Source of the DNA: Somniosus microcephalus
Taxonomy: Eukaryota
Direction: 5' to 3'
Assembly (NCBI GenBank): GCA_052327205.1
Contig: CM126207.1
Coordinates: forward strand, 248,930,001 to 248,994,000
Length of the DNA stretch: 64,000 nt
Made by a program: the position numbers and the translations under genes. Below, piece after piece: positions 24,774 through 37,036 of the stretch; position 1 is the stretch's first letter, and every line of letters starts with the position of its first letter. Below the pieces are notes generated by a model. The model did no database searches. It worked only from the letters and a program-made list of their open reading frames with translations, and was not told where the DNA came from.

Positions 24774-26048
24774 CTGTGGAATACAGTGCAGGCTATCCAT
24801 TCCCATGATACCGTGGAATACAGTGCAGGCTATCCATTCCCATGATACTGTGGAATACAGTGCAGGCTATCCATTCCCATGATATCGTGGAATACAGTGC
24901 AGCCTATCCATTCCCATGATACTGTGGAATACAGTGCAGGCTATCCATTCCCATGATACCGTGGAATACAGTGCAGGCTATCCATTCCCATGATACTGTG
25001 CAATACAGTGCAGGCTATCCATTCCCATGATATCGTGGAATACAGTGCAGGCTATCCATTCCCATGATACTGTGGAATACAGTGCAGGCTATCCATTCCC
25101 ATGATACCGTGGAATACAGTGCAGCCTATCCATTCCCATGATACTGTGGAATACAGTGCAGGCTATCCATTCCCATGATACTGTGGAATACAGTGCAGGC
25201 TATCCATTCCCATGATACTGTGCAATACAGTGCAGGCTATCCATTCCCATGATACCTTGCAATACAGTGCAGGCTATCCATTCCCATGATACTGTGGAAT
25301 ACAGTGCAGGCTATCCATTCCCATGATACCGTGGAATACAGTGCAGGCTATCCATGCCCATGATACTGTGGAATACAGTGCAGGCTATCCATTCCCATGA
25401 TACTGTGGAATACAGTGCAGGCTATCCATTCCCATGATACCATGGAATACAGTGCAGGCTATCCATTCCCATGATACTGTGGAATACAGTGCAGGCTATC
25501 CATTCCCATGATACCATGGAATACAGTGCAGGCTATCCATTCCCATGATACTGTGGAATACAGTGCAGGCTATCCATTCCCATGATACTGTGGAATGCAG
25601 TGTAGGCTATCCATTCCCATGATACTGTGGAATATAGTGCAGGCTATCCATTCCCATGATACTGTGGAATACAGTGCAGGCTATCCATTCCCATGATACT
25701 GTGGAATACAGTGCAGCCTATCCATTCCCATGATACTGTGGAATACAGTGCAGGCTATCCATTCCCATGATACTGTGGAATACAGTGCAGCCTATCCATT
25801 CCCATGATACTGTGGAATACACTGCAGGCTATCCATTCCCATGATACTGTGGAATACAGTGCAGGCTATCCATTCCCATACTATGGAATACAGTGCAGGC
25901 TATCCATTCCCATGATACTGTGGAATACAGTGCAGCCTATCCATTCCCATGATACTGTGGAATACACTGCAGGCTATCCATTCCCATGATACTGTGGAAT
26001 ACAGTGCAGGCTATCCATTCCCATGATACTATGGAATACAGTGCAGCC
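24774..26048. repeat. 37-bp minisatellite, right array (about 34 copies, with recurrent variants)
   Basis: Same unit as 21404-21686. Variants include ccgtgg, tcgtgg, ctgtgc, ccatgg and gcagcc, and there is a 3-bp deletion near 25880. Confidence 0.98.
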
Positions 26049-26077
26049 TTTCTGCGGCTCTGCTTTCACAAGATTCT

Positions 26078-27320
26078 GTGGCTGAAGAAGGCCATTCAGC
26101 CCATAATCCATCCATCCAGAATAACTCTAAATTCCCTCACCGCAGCATTCAATTAGTTCTTGATTTCAGGGTTTTCGTCTCCACTACTCTATCCAGGAGT
26201 CTTTGTGTGAAAAATAACATCCTGCTTTCAGTCACATATTTCCTTTTTGTTAAAAGAACATGCGGCCCACATTCTACCCTTGTGATTTAATATAAAGGAA
26301 TTGTTTAGATTTACCTTTACCATGTTATTTACTATCTTATATACGGTTATCAGATCACCAGGTAGATTTTAACTTTTGTGCAGCTGGTCGAGCAGTGGAG
26401 AGCACCTGCTGGCCGCTCGTTCCAGGTGCAAAGAGGTCCGAGCCATTTTGAGGCCTGGGCCTCATTTAAATGGAACCGGCGAAAGGTGAGCACCAAATGC
26501 GCGTCCTGATGTAACTCGCCTGTTTTGGGCCGGAGGAATTTCGGCTGGCTCCTATGCCGAAACAGCACACGGGTAGCTCCACAGGTCCGACAGTGAGTGG
26601 GCGCCTGGGCCAGCAGCGAACAGCATTATATTTGTGGAGTCAGGAGAACGCTCTTGCACCTTCTGGCTCCACAAAAATATAATGTTGATAAAGTACCAGG
26701 TCTGTTTTTGGAACACTGCTTAGACTGCTCAATGCCAGGATACATGGGCAGAGTGTGCGCAGCACACGTCCACCCGTGTGTCCCTTAAAATTGCAATTGG
26801 GATCCTAACCACTTCATAGGACTCCGATTTGCATAATCAAGAGACCTGCCACCTGAAAACAGTCAGGCGCTCTGATTACCCAAGGGAAAGCCCATTTCAA
26901 AATGGCAGCAGGTGAAGCCTCAGCTTTACTGGGGCTGTAAATCTACTGACCCCATTTTATGGCCATCCCCACCTCATTAACACCAATGTTGACCAGTTAA
27001 AAATCATTCCGCACCTCTCAGACACCTCCTTTCAAGACCCAAGTCGCTCCAGTCTTTCCTCATAACCTTGACCTCTAGCAGAAAAGATCAGTCTAGTTGC
27101 TCTTCTTTGCACTGCCTCCGGTGCTTGAATGTCTCCCTTATGCCTCAGAAAGGGACCAAGTACTCAAGATGTGGACTGACCAACGCACTGTACAGTTTGA
27201 TCATGTCTTCTTCTGACTTGTGTTCCACTGGTCTGGCTATATAGTTCAACATTCTATTGGCTCTGTTGATTGCTGGTCTGCATTAGTTGCAAATGTTGAG
27301 CGCCGAGTCTACTAAGACTC
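26078..27320 (-). mobile_element. Old degenerate CR1 3' fragment interrupted by a nested element
   Basis: The segments gaaggccattcagccc, atcagatcac|ctctcag, ctttcctcataacc and tactcaagatgtggactgaccaa are colinear with the CR1 at about 21720-22350. Confidence 0.6.
26359..27011. mobile_element. Decayed non-autonomous TIR element (Harbinger-like) nested in the CR1 fragment
   Basis: Ends ggtagattttaac / gttaaaaatcattcc, CAC on both sides, and a GC-rich interior. Confidence 0.55.
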
Positions 27321-27469
27321 TATCAATTGTTCTTACTAAATCTTTGCAATCATAACTTCAACAAAGCAAGTCATATGTGCATTATACAGAACAAGAAATA
27401 TGGAACAATTCCGCGTAAGACTATATTTGCGTCCAGACCTTAGCTATACACTAGTGAAACGGGTTACTC

Positions 27470-27612
27470 ATCTCATTTGCTGTGTGTGGGCCTTTATGCA
27501 AATTGGCTGCCGTGTTTGTGTACGAAACAACAGTGACTACATTTCAAAAGTAATTCATTTGCTGTGAAGCTGTCACGGGAACTAGAAGGTGCTAAATGAA
27601 TGCACGTCTTCT
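27470..27612 (+). mobile_element. Deu-domain SINE 3' fragment
   Basis: gcaaattggctgccgtgttt...acaacagtgactacatttcaaaagtaattcatt matches 34160-34290. Confidence 0.7.
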
Positions 27613-27733
27613 CTAAATTGGGGAAACCAAACACGGACGAGGTGACTACTTTACTGAACATCTCTGTTCTGTCTGCAAGTGCAACATTGAGCTACATGTG
27701 GCTTGCCACTTTGTCCCCCTCTCATCCCGCATC

Positions 27734-28123
27734 ATTGGCGTTGTACAAAAGCTTCAAGAGCATTATCTCATTTTTCTTCTCGATGCCCTGCAATCCTCTG
27801 GTGTGAACAACTTCAGACTTTAGCTATATCCTCATTTTCAGAACTGGTTAAATTTCATACCTGGCACTAGGTTATCCATTGCTCCTGTATTTGCATTCCC
27901 TCAGGGCTGCCACTTCCTTAAGTATTTACACACCCTTTATTTCTTTAATGTCTTAGTGTGTCTGCCTTTGACTTGACCAAGATCATTCCACTTATAATTC
28001 CTGTGTGTTTGTTTTTATTACATTTTTATCTCTGATTGTATTAATATGTCTGTCCACTTTGTATTTCTGAGGAAAGGGTCAATACCCAAAATGCAAACTT
28101 GCCTGTTCTCTCTGCAGATACTG
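27734..28123 (+). repeat. Direct repeat, copy 1 (390 bp)
   Basis: Matches 30108-30496 with one substitution and one 1-bp indel by eye. Confidence 0.95.
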
Positions 28124-28165
28124 ACTGACCTGCTGCATGTTTCTAGCAGGTTCTGTTTTTCTACA
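28040..28165 (+). mobile_element. Penelope-like terminal-repeat fragment with a decayed hammerhead-like core
   Basis: ctgagga-aa-gggt-caat-accc-aaaa, then ctctctgcagatactgactgacctgctg...ttctgttttt. It is homologous to 60940-61040. The family assignment is an inference. Confidence 0.5.
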
Positions 28166-28445
28166 TGAATGCAAGTTCTTTCTTTCTTTCCTTGCCATCT
28201 GAACCCCGGCTGGCTGCAGCCTTGTAGCAAGCTCCTAAATATTCCTTTTTATTCGCTGTGCCTTGTTCCTGACCCACCCCCCCAGCTTGCCATTCACAAT
28301 ATCATAACCTGATTCCAACAGTGATGGTAAAGCCGTGGATATGCCACGCGAATGGTACAGGGTGACTAGAAGCTCTGTCCCGTACTATTACACAAAGACT
28401 GGGAATCGAGCATGTCCATCAGTTCTAAACAGGTACAATTTCCAC

Positions 28446-29125
28446 TTTTTTTGATTCGTTCCTGGGATGTGGGCATCGCTGGCAAGGCCAGCATTTATTG
28501 CCCATCCCTAATTGCCCTTGAGAAGATGGTGATGAGCCACCTTCTTGAACCGCCCCAGTCCGTGTGGTGAAAGTACTCCCACAGTGCTGTTAGGGAGGGA
28601 GATCCAGGATCTTGACCCAACAACGATGAAGGAATGGCGATATATTTCCAAGTCAGGATGGTGTGTGACTTGGAGCTGGTGGTGTTCCCATGCACCTGCT
28701 GCCCTTGTCCATCTAGGTGGTAGAGGTCGCAGGTTTGGGAGATGCTGTCAAAGAAGCCTTGAAGAGTTCCTGCAGTGCATCTTGTAGATGGTACACACTG
28801 CAGACACGGTGCGCAGGTGGTGGAGGGAGTGAATGTTTAAGGTGGTGGATGGGGTGCCAATCAAGTGGGCTGCTTTATCCTGGATGGTGTCGAGCTTCTT
28901 GAGTGTTGTTGGAGCTGCATTCATCCAGGCAAGTGGAGAGCATTCCATCACACTCCTTAATTGTGCCTTTTAGATGGTGGAAAGGCTTTGGGGAGTCAGG
29001 AGGTGAGACTCTTGCTGCAGAATACCCAGCCTCTGACCTGCTCTTATTGCCACAGTATTTATGTGGCTGGTCCAGTTAAGTTTCTGGTCAATGGTGACCC
29101 CAAGGATGTTGATGTTGGGGGATTC
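28446..29125 (-). mobile_element. Second, shorter and more diverged copy of the LINE at 498-1722
   Basis: Colinear with 498-1190, with translation SPLAWMNAAPTTLKKLDTIQDKAA and a T-run at 28446. Confidence 0.93.
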
Positions 29126-29127
29126 CT

Positions 29128-29264
29128 TGGACAGTGTAGCACACCCTCAGTACTGCACAGAAATCCCAGTCTAGATTTTGTGCTCGAGTCTCTGGAATAG
29201 AGCGTGAACCCACAACTTTCTGACTCCGAGGCGAGAGTGCTACCCACTGCGCCATGGCTAACAC
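29128..29264 (-). mobile_element. tRNA-derived SINE 5' head
   Basis: The reverse complement gtgttagccatggcgcagtgggtagcactctcgcctcggagtcagaaagttgtgggttcacg matches the head at 33892. Confidence 0.85.
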
Positions 29265-30107
29265 CTAATGTAATACAACTGTACTGCACGATAGGTTTTG
29301 AAACACCAGCATAGGTATGTTTCTGTACAGGAGAACTAAGAACTTTACTGAAATATCCAAAAAGGAAAGGTACCAAAATTTGTATCTCCGATTATGTCTT
29401 AATGTCTAAAAGTATTAAATAAAATTATATGTTTTTATTCTAAATCTATCTACTCTCTTTAAAGGATTCATGATGATCCATTTAAAAAAAAGGATAAGTG
29501 CTGATTACCTAATGGGGAACTTTAAACATGAATACTTTAATATTTAAGTCCTGATTTGAAGCTTAAATTTTCTTGGATTCACATCTAAGTCAAGACTTCA
29601 GTTTTGAATGTACTGGTGTCAGAAACATATAAAATAAAGCACAGAAAGGATTTACAATAAAAAATAATGATCCTGTAGCTGCAGGCGCGGAGTACAATGT
29701 AGAGAATAGCGTTTCAACCTGTTCCTCACATTAGCAATTTGTACTGAAAGTGGGCAAGGCTCCAACACCTTGATGTGGGAGGGGGAGGGGGGCAGGAAAA
29801 TAAATCAAATCTGACAGAATAGAAGATACTCAGAATGTGAGGAGACTAGAAAATGACTTGCATGGAAATGTCACTGGAAACATTAGAAATACTTAACAGA
29901 AAATGAAAAAGAAGGTAAAGTATATCATGTCTCTCAGAAATGTCTCAAAGCAGTTCATATACAATGAATGACTTTGAAGTCCAATGACTGCTGTTATGTA
30001 GGCAAACATTAAATCAAATGAATTGCACATTAAAGCGTGTAAGCAATTGCCTAAATTATGTACACTGATGCATTATGACAAATGTAACCTTAATTTTTTT
30101 TTCTACA

Positions 30108-30496
30108 ATTGGCGTTGTACAAAAGCTTCAAGAGCATTATCTCATTTTTCTTCTCGATGCCCTGCAATCCTCTGGTGTGAACAACTTCAGACTTTAGCTA
30201 TATCCTCATTTTCAGAACTGGTTAAATTTCATACCTGGCACTAGGTTATCCATTGCTCCTGTATTTGCATTCCCTCAGGGCTGCCACTTCCTTAAGTATT
30301 TACACACCCTTATTTCTTTAATGTCTTAGTGTGTCTGCCTTTGACTTGACCAAGATCATTCCACTTATAATTCCTGTGTGTTTGTTTTTATTGCATTTTT
30401 ATCTCTGATTGTATTAATATGTCTGTCCACTTTGTATTTCTGAGGAAAGGGTCAATACCCAAAATGCAAACTTGCCTGTTCTCTCTGCAGATACTG
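30108..30496 (+). repeat. Direct repeat, copy 2 (389 bp)
   Basis: Matches 27734-28123. Confidence 0.95.
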
Positions 30497-33400
30497 TCAT
30501 GTTCCATGTCGCTAGTGCAATTCCTAGTTGACCCATGGAGTTCAGATCTCCAGTCAGAACTAAAGAGCAAAGAGCATGGTGATTTTCATGTTCCAAATAG
30601 ACTTTCGAAATCGTCTCTCACACTTTGCGAGGTGGCACCTTAATGTTCAGGTATTATCATCTTCCTGGAAACATCGCTCTTTAATAGTTCCGTAATCATA
30701 GAATTTGAATTTGTCTGTTCCACAGTCTGTCAGTCTACATATATTAACATTCCACTTAAGCAAATCCAGCCACCAAACCCCTTTGCTTTTGAATTAATTA
30801 CTGAACAAAGCCATAGACATAAACAAAAGAGAACCCATCCAGGGCAGCCATCCCTTATTAAATATGCCAATAGACCTGGCCAATTACGTGTGTTAGTCAA
30901 CAATGCAACAGGAATAATGAGATTTCCATAGAGATACAGCTGGCTCGAGCCTTTCATTGAGAAGGAAACATATAAAATAGAGCAATTCCATATTATTCCA
31001 CAAAGGCCACTCCTCCAATCCAAAGATCTCTACCTATGAATAATCACCGATAATTCGGTGCAGATTCTTGACAATTGAACTGGCAACAATGCATTTTCAG
31101 CTGCTGTACGGCATGCCCTGAACAGGATCTTTTTCCTGATCATACTTGTTTGGTGCAGATAGATGCTGAATACAGTAATAATTCTGAGTGACTTTATGCC
31201 AAGTGTGTGCTTACCTTTTTAACATGGCTGCTATTTGCAGAATTTGTAAGCATCTATTAGTTGTATTGTGCAGGTAGTTTCTCTCTCTCTCTGGTAAACC
31301 TAATGCAAATTGCTCAGTATAGATTTTAGATGACCTACTGCACAGTATAAAACACTGGTATAAAGTGAGATAAATTGCACCTGTTACTGATCACTGGAGG
31401 GTTTGATGAAATTCTATAGCTACACAGAGTATGTGTGTTTTCGCAAGAAATAAACTGTGCTGCATTCACATTATATATTTGCAATTACTGCTGGCTCTGC
31501 CCATAGCCAGTCTAGTTAACTGCTTCTAAAATTTCTATTAGGCTGACATATTTGTAACCTTGTAGACCAGTGGACTAGAATAGATTGTGTGGGGAAATTG
31601 AGATCATTTTAATTTATGGTTTTGTTCTGATCATTCTGACCACTAACATTCCCCAAGATGACTACAAAAAGAAGCACATTGCCTCTTCTTTTACAACAGT
31701 ATCTTTGCAAGCTATTTACAAAAAAAAAGTTCAAAAGGGCCCTGTATACATTATATAGGGTCTCTATTAGTGAGGGAGTTAGAAATAATATACATTTTTG
31801 AAGAGCCACCTAATGATGGGGGAGGGATCTACTGCAGTGAGCGCATACAGTTACATGATGACCAGAATATGTAATCCCATCCTCAATATTCTACAATACT
31901 ATTTCCATTAGCAACCCAAATATAGTTCAGTCATTTCCATTTTATACGCTTTAGTGTCTGCATACTGCTAGCAGTAAACTGAACAGCTGGACAAAGATTT
32001 GTTGCCATTGTTTTCCAAAGATCTGCAACACACTGCACTGGGACTTCTAAATTAAATATTTTGGACTTTCAGAGGAGGCCTGAATGCTTTAATAAGTAAT
32101 GCTGACAATTTGATATCTGACAGCTCAAGTTAAATAATTTTTCTTTGCAAGAATTACAATGTCATAATACAGACGCACATGCCAAAGGTACGGCCCGGGT
32201 GGGGAACACGTCTAGTTCTAGCTGATTATAAGAAGATAATCTGATATAGAAGTAACAGCAGTACAGGGCAAAAGGGAAAAACTGAAGCCAGCGCATGTTA
32301 AGGCCAAATTCTGACCAGTGCATGACAAAAGCACGTGCAATGTTGGTAAACTTATTCTGGCCATTTTAAGCAATACGGATCATTTTAATCTCCATAGAAA
32401 CAACAGCCTACTTACGCAAAATGTAATGATTAATCACTGCTTTGATAACAATGGCGTGAACCAGTGACCACAACAGTGAAAAAAGGATGCACTTAGTATT
32501 CTCCTGGGCTGTGTTACCCAGACACGCAGCACACAATTCACAAACATACTGCATGGGTTCTCAAACCCACAAGGATGGGTACAAACTGAGAAATGTCTGC
32601 TGTTCCGTTCATTAAATGCACAATATCTATTTCCAGTAGGTGACGGGGGGGCTGCATTTTAGCACTGTAAAAAGGGAATTTCAATAGAAATGGTGTTGGG
32701 AGTTCAACAGAGATTTGTGTTGGGTAGGATCACTATGATCTTAATTGGTTTAATTTACCCAACTTCACGAAATGGCTGACCAAAGAAAAACAAAATATTC
32801 TGTGAGTTGGAGTTTTTTCCCCCCTAATTGCAGCAAAACCTGTCCTTCTGGTCATCTTGATTAACTACCAAGTGTCTTAAGCAATCATTTTTTTCTTCAT
32901 AACCAACAGCTTCTCAATTTAATTAAATGGCATCTTTACCTGGATTGTGCAGACTGGTAAAATTTATAGGGTCGTAATAACAAGCAAATGGCGCCGCCCT
33001 TAAATGCAGTCATGATTACAGTTTAATACAACCATTGTTACACGGTTTACGATCAAAACAATATTGTCACCTGGAATGAACAGCCACTTGCCTTAAGCAA
33101 CTGCTATGCTTTAGTACTGAGGAGGACTGACTCATGGATTATACAGATTCTGATGTGCTTGTATTTTTAACAGCCCTATAGGTAGAACCAGGATGTAATT
33201 TTGTTTGTCTGAAGAAGCAGAGAATGTACTTCAGGCCATTTTAGAGTTATTTGATTGATAGGTGCTACCATTTGAATGATTTAAGGCGTTTGTTCTAGTC
33301 CTATAAACTTATCCAAAGTCCTGTTTAAAATTCATGGCAAATGTCAATGTAAATAGTAACAGCAGGATGCATATTCTCTATAGATATGAAATTTAGCTCC

Positions 33401-33891
33401 TCCCAAAGGTTATTTAATTTCAGTTTTGGCCAATAACATTTTAATACACGATGTCCAGCATTCTTTGTTGAGACCATTAACAATAATAACACCTTTCTCA
33501 GTGCTGTTAGCAAAGCTGGGTAGTACAGTACCAAAATCTGTTGAGCAGGACGGGAATGAAATTTCAAAAATTACGCTCAAAATAGTGACACTGCATTTTA
33601 TTTATATCTAAAAGTAGTTGGGCTCAAGTTTCAAACATCAAACAGTCTCAGTGATTAAGAACATAAGCATGGAACAAGAAAAGGCCAGTTGGCCAATCCA
33701 GCCTGTTCTTTCCAGAGACCACACATAGTAAATCAACAAAACTTTAGAATATGTGTCTGATCCTACATTGCAGGCCAGTTGCCTTCCTTGATATGACACT
33801 TCATAAGCGCAGTAGCTCACAAACAATTAGGATTCTCACAGCATTTAGATTATGCCCAACTCTACTTGCTCATGTAGCCCTCCATCCCATA

Positions 33892-34295
33892 GTGTCAGCT
33901 GTGGCTCAGTGGGTAGCACACTTGCCTCTGAGTCATGAAGGTTGTGGGTTCAAGTCCCACTCCAGGAACTTGAGCAGATAAAGCTAGGCTGACACTCCAG
34001 TGCAGTGCTTGGGGAGTGCTGTACTGTTGGAGGTGCTGTCTTTCAGATGAGATGTATTAAATTAATGGTTGTATTAAACTGAAACTGGGTGCCCTGGCCA
34101 ATATTTATCCCTCAACCAACATAACAAAAACAGATTATCTGCTCATTATTACATTGCTGTTTGTGGGATCTTGCTGTGTGCAAATTGGCTGCCACGTTTC
34201 TCACATTACAACAGTGACTCTACTTCATTGACTGTAAAGTGCTTTGAGATGTCCGGTGGTTGTGAAAGGCGCTATATAAATGCAAGTCTTTCTTT
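33892..34295 (+). mobile_element. tRNA-derived Deu-domain SINE (SacSINE1-like) with an L2-type tail
   Basis: A-box-like tggctcagtggg, B-box gggttcaagtccc, central cattgctgtttgtgggatcttgctgtgtgcaaattggctgcc, and tail gaaaggcgctatataaatgcaagtctttcttt. Confidence 0.9.
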
Positions 34296-35844
34296 ATTCC
34301 TAAAACACTCATCTCTCTCTCTCTCTCTTAAATCGGTTAATCAGCATCACAACTGCTTTAACTGCGAACCTATTCCACACATCTGCGACACTGGGGCGAA
34401 AAACATTTCTTCTAAATCTCTGGACTTGCTTGAAGTTTGTTGATATTAAATGCATGTGCTCTAGCTCTGTGCTGATAGTTCAAATTAAACAACCTGCGTG
34501 CATCTACATCATTCACTCTTCTCAGCGTTTTAAAAAAACTGGGCCATGTCTATTCTTCATCTTTTCTCTAATGAAAACATTTTCAGTCAACCTCTCTTCA
34601 GATCCTGGCGCTCCAACTCCTGTTGAGGTTAGACGGGCAAATACAATGCCATCCAGGTTTGCCAAGAGACCTCAGGGCTGACAGAGACCCAAACAGGATT
34701 TCCGACTGTGGAACCGATTCAGAAAACTCTGAATGTAAAGACACCAGAATAAATCAGGCCCACTGGCCCACCTGTTTCTAAATCTTTCGGTTTGAAATTG
34801 CAATGGAAGTAGGTTCTTTAAACTGGGTCTTCTCCATCAGCGCGACCATCTTCCAAACTGTCAGAACTACCAACTCTCGTCAGACCCCCTTGACTTTCAC
34901 ACCACAAACTTTCTGCAATGTTAAATAATTGGCAGTTCCAAATTATAACGACATCATTAAGGTTTGGGGGACACACCAAGAGCTATGCTGCAAGGTGAAA
35001 ATAAATAAACAAAGATTCTACTGGCCACTACCATGCAATAGATGCTCCAGAAATAGAGGGGCAGCAACTAGAAACACTCACAAAGTAGATGCTACCATTC
35101 TAAGTGGTCGGAAGTGTGCTAGTTAAAGAAGCTTTAACCGGGCAAAAGATTAAACATATACACCTGGACGAGAAAGTGTTAAAAAAATAGACTACAACAA
35201 TGCACTTTGAGGATCTCTAGTTCCACTGCTTCTCCCAACAGATTCCACAGCAGACACTCAGGCCACTGAACTTCCAGTCACTGAACGATGCGATGGTTAA
35301 AGTTTGCCTCTGTCAGTTTCAATAAATACACAATGTAATACAAGGCCTTCCCAGCAAGCACAGTCAATATTTGGCAAACAGAATGCTTGCAACAGCGCTG
35401 GACCCTGCTGTGGTGAAGTTCTGAGTAAGGTGAGGTCTTCAGAGCACAATACAAAGGCAAGAGCCAGAGCCAGTGCAGCTCGATTTTAAAACACGTATGA
35501 CTCCACAGAATTTTTGACTAACTTTTGTTCCAAATTTTTTTGTGTGGAACATTTGTGACTACAAAGTGGTTTCAGTCGAGAGCTGAAGAATATCATTGGC
35601 TTTATAGGGAAAAAACTACACCAGCTGTGCAGCCAGAAACCTAGCCCAGAAAACAAATCATCACTTTCCTGGTACTTTCACACTGTGATTCTTACAACAA
35701 TCGTTGAAGGCTGCTTTAAATTATCATCAACCTAGTAAAATGACTTAAGATACCATTTCACTGGCTGTCTTGCAGATAGAAATACGCAATGCGTTCAATT
35801 CTGCTCACTTTGTCACAATAAACATGTACATGCATTACAAAGAC

Positions 35845-36225
35845 TGATTCCAAGGGTAATGGGGATGAGCTACGAGGAAAGATTAGAATAACTGAAGCTA
35901 TACTGTTTATAAAGAAGGCAATTAAAAGAGGTAGGGACATAACTAAGGTATATAAAATGTTAACGAGCACTGATTAGGAAAAACCAGAATATTACTTTAA
36001 ATGAAGCCGGGAAAGAAGGACCAAAGAATATAAACTTAAATTAATGAAAAGTAAGTTTAAAATAGATACATTTGGAAACACTGTTGTAATCAAAGGTGAT
36101 AAATGCTCAAAATAATCTACCAGGCAAAATAGTGGAGGCAAGAACATTAGGATGTGAAGGCACTGTAAGGATGAGCTTTGATAGGTTGAATAGCTTTTTG
36201 CTCATTCTTGATTTTCGTTACTTAC
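35845..36225 (+). mobile_element. Old CR1 3' fragment
   Basis: gggatgagctacgaggaaagattag...aaagaggtagggacataactaaggtatataaaatg, a decayed 'SYEERL...RGD...YK' region. Confidence 0.65.
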
Positions 36226-37036
36226 ATATCCAGACTTCGTCCACTACAAGTTCATTTCCTTCCTCTCATTATTTGGCCTTAGACTGTTTGGCTTTATGTG
36301 GGTAAAATTTCTTAGAGATTTTTCCTACTGTTTTCTTGAAAACCAACTGCAATCCCTACCACTACACTGAATTAAGGCAATCCTACATGATTCTGATAAG
36401 GATTTTGCAGGCTTGCAATAAAACAAACTATTCTGGAAATACCTCACTTGAAAAGAATAGCAACACTGTTGCATCACAACGGAGGTTATGGCAAATCTGT
36501 AGAAGAATCCCAAACATTTGCAAATCTAGCCATATATCACGGTGCAGATTTTATTTTTGAATGAGGCTACTTGTCTTTATTTCCCTGTGTTTTTTTTTTG
36601 TCTCCTCTCGGTCTTCCCCTAGCCATACACCACTCAACCTCCTCCCCACTTTCTGCCCACGTCAGTGTTAATCTGTGCCCTCCAGCAGCTTCAGGAAGGC
36701 TTTTTGCTCTGATACTCTATCCCATTGTGGGGAAAGGCCTGGCCTATTCTCAGCATCTCCAGACAGTGATGCGTCTGATCAGGAGCTCTATAGCACAGAG
36801 GAAACTGAATCTGCAGCCACCGCCGAGCTGTGCTCCAAAGTGCGATGCTACTCTCTTGTTGCCTGTTTAAAATCTTGGCAACAGGGCAGTAACCCTTTAC
36901 GGGATACCTTTTTCTTCCCACCCAAAAAAAAAGCTAAAGTTAAACATGTAACAAAGTAGAAGCTATCTGACTTTCAGTCGCTCATCATTTCACTCTGACC
37001 ATTTTACAACTGCAATCCATTTTATCTTAATTTCCT

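Noticed and set aside
21404-26048. CRISPR-like arrays (37-bp, weakly palindromic repeats) flanking an RT and a nuclease
   Set aside because: The units are head-to-tail with no unique spacers. The enclosed ORFs are an ordinary CR1 APE-RT ORF2 rather than Cas or retron genes, and the context is vertebrate.
27734-30496. LTR retroelement or TRIM bounded by 390-bp direct repeats
   Set aside because: There are no TG...CA termini, TSD, PBS or PPT. The interior is older unrelated repeats, and one boundary cuts through another repeat.
33892-33965. tRNA gene (also at 29190-29264 and 63601-63670)
   Set aside because: The A/B boxes run straight into a SINE body and tail, and no proper cloverleaf or acceptor stem is evident.
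36571-36959. Cluster of three overlapping ORFs of 76-99 aa
   Set aside because: There is no recognisable domain or consistent splice sites, and such clusters are expected by chance.
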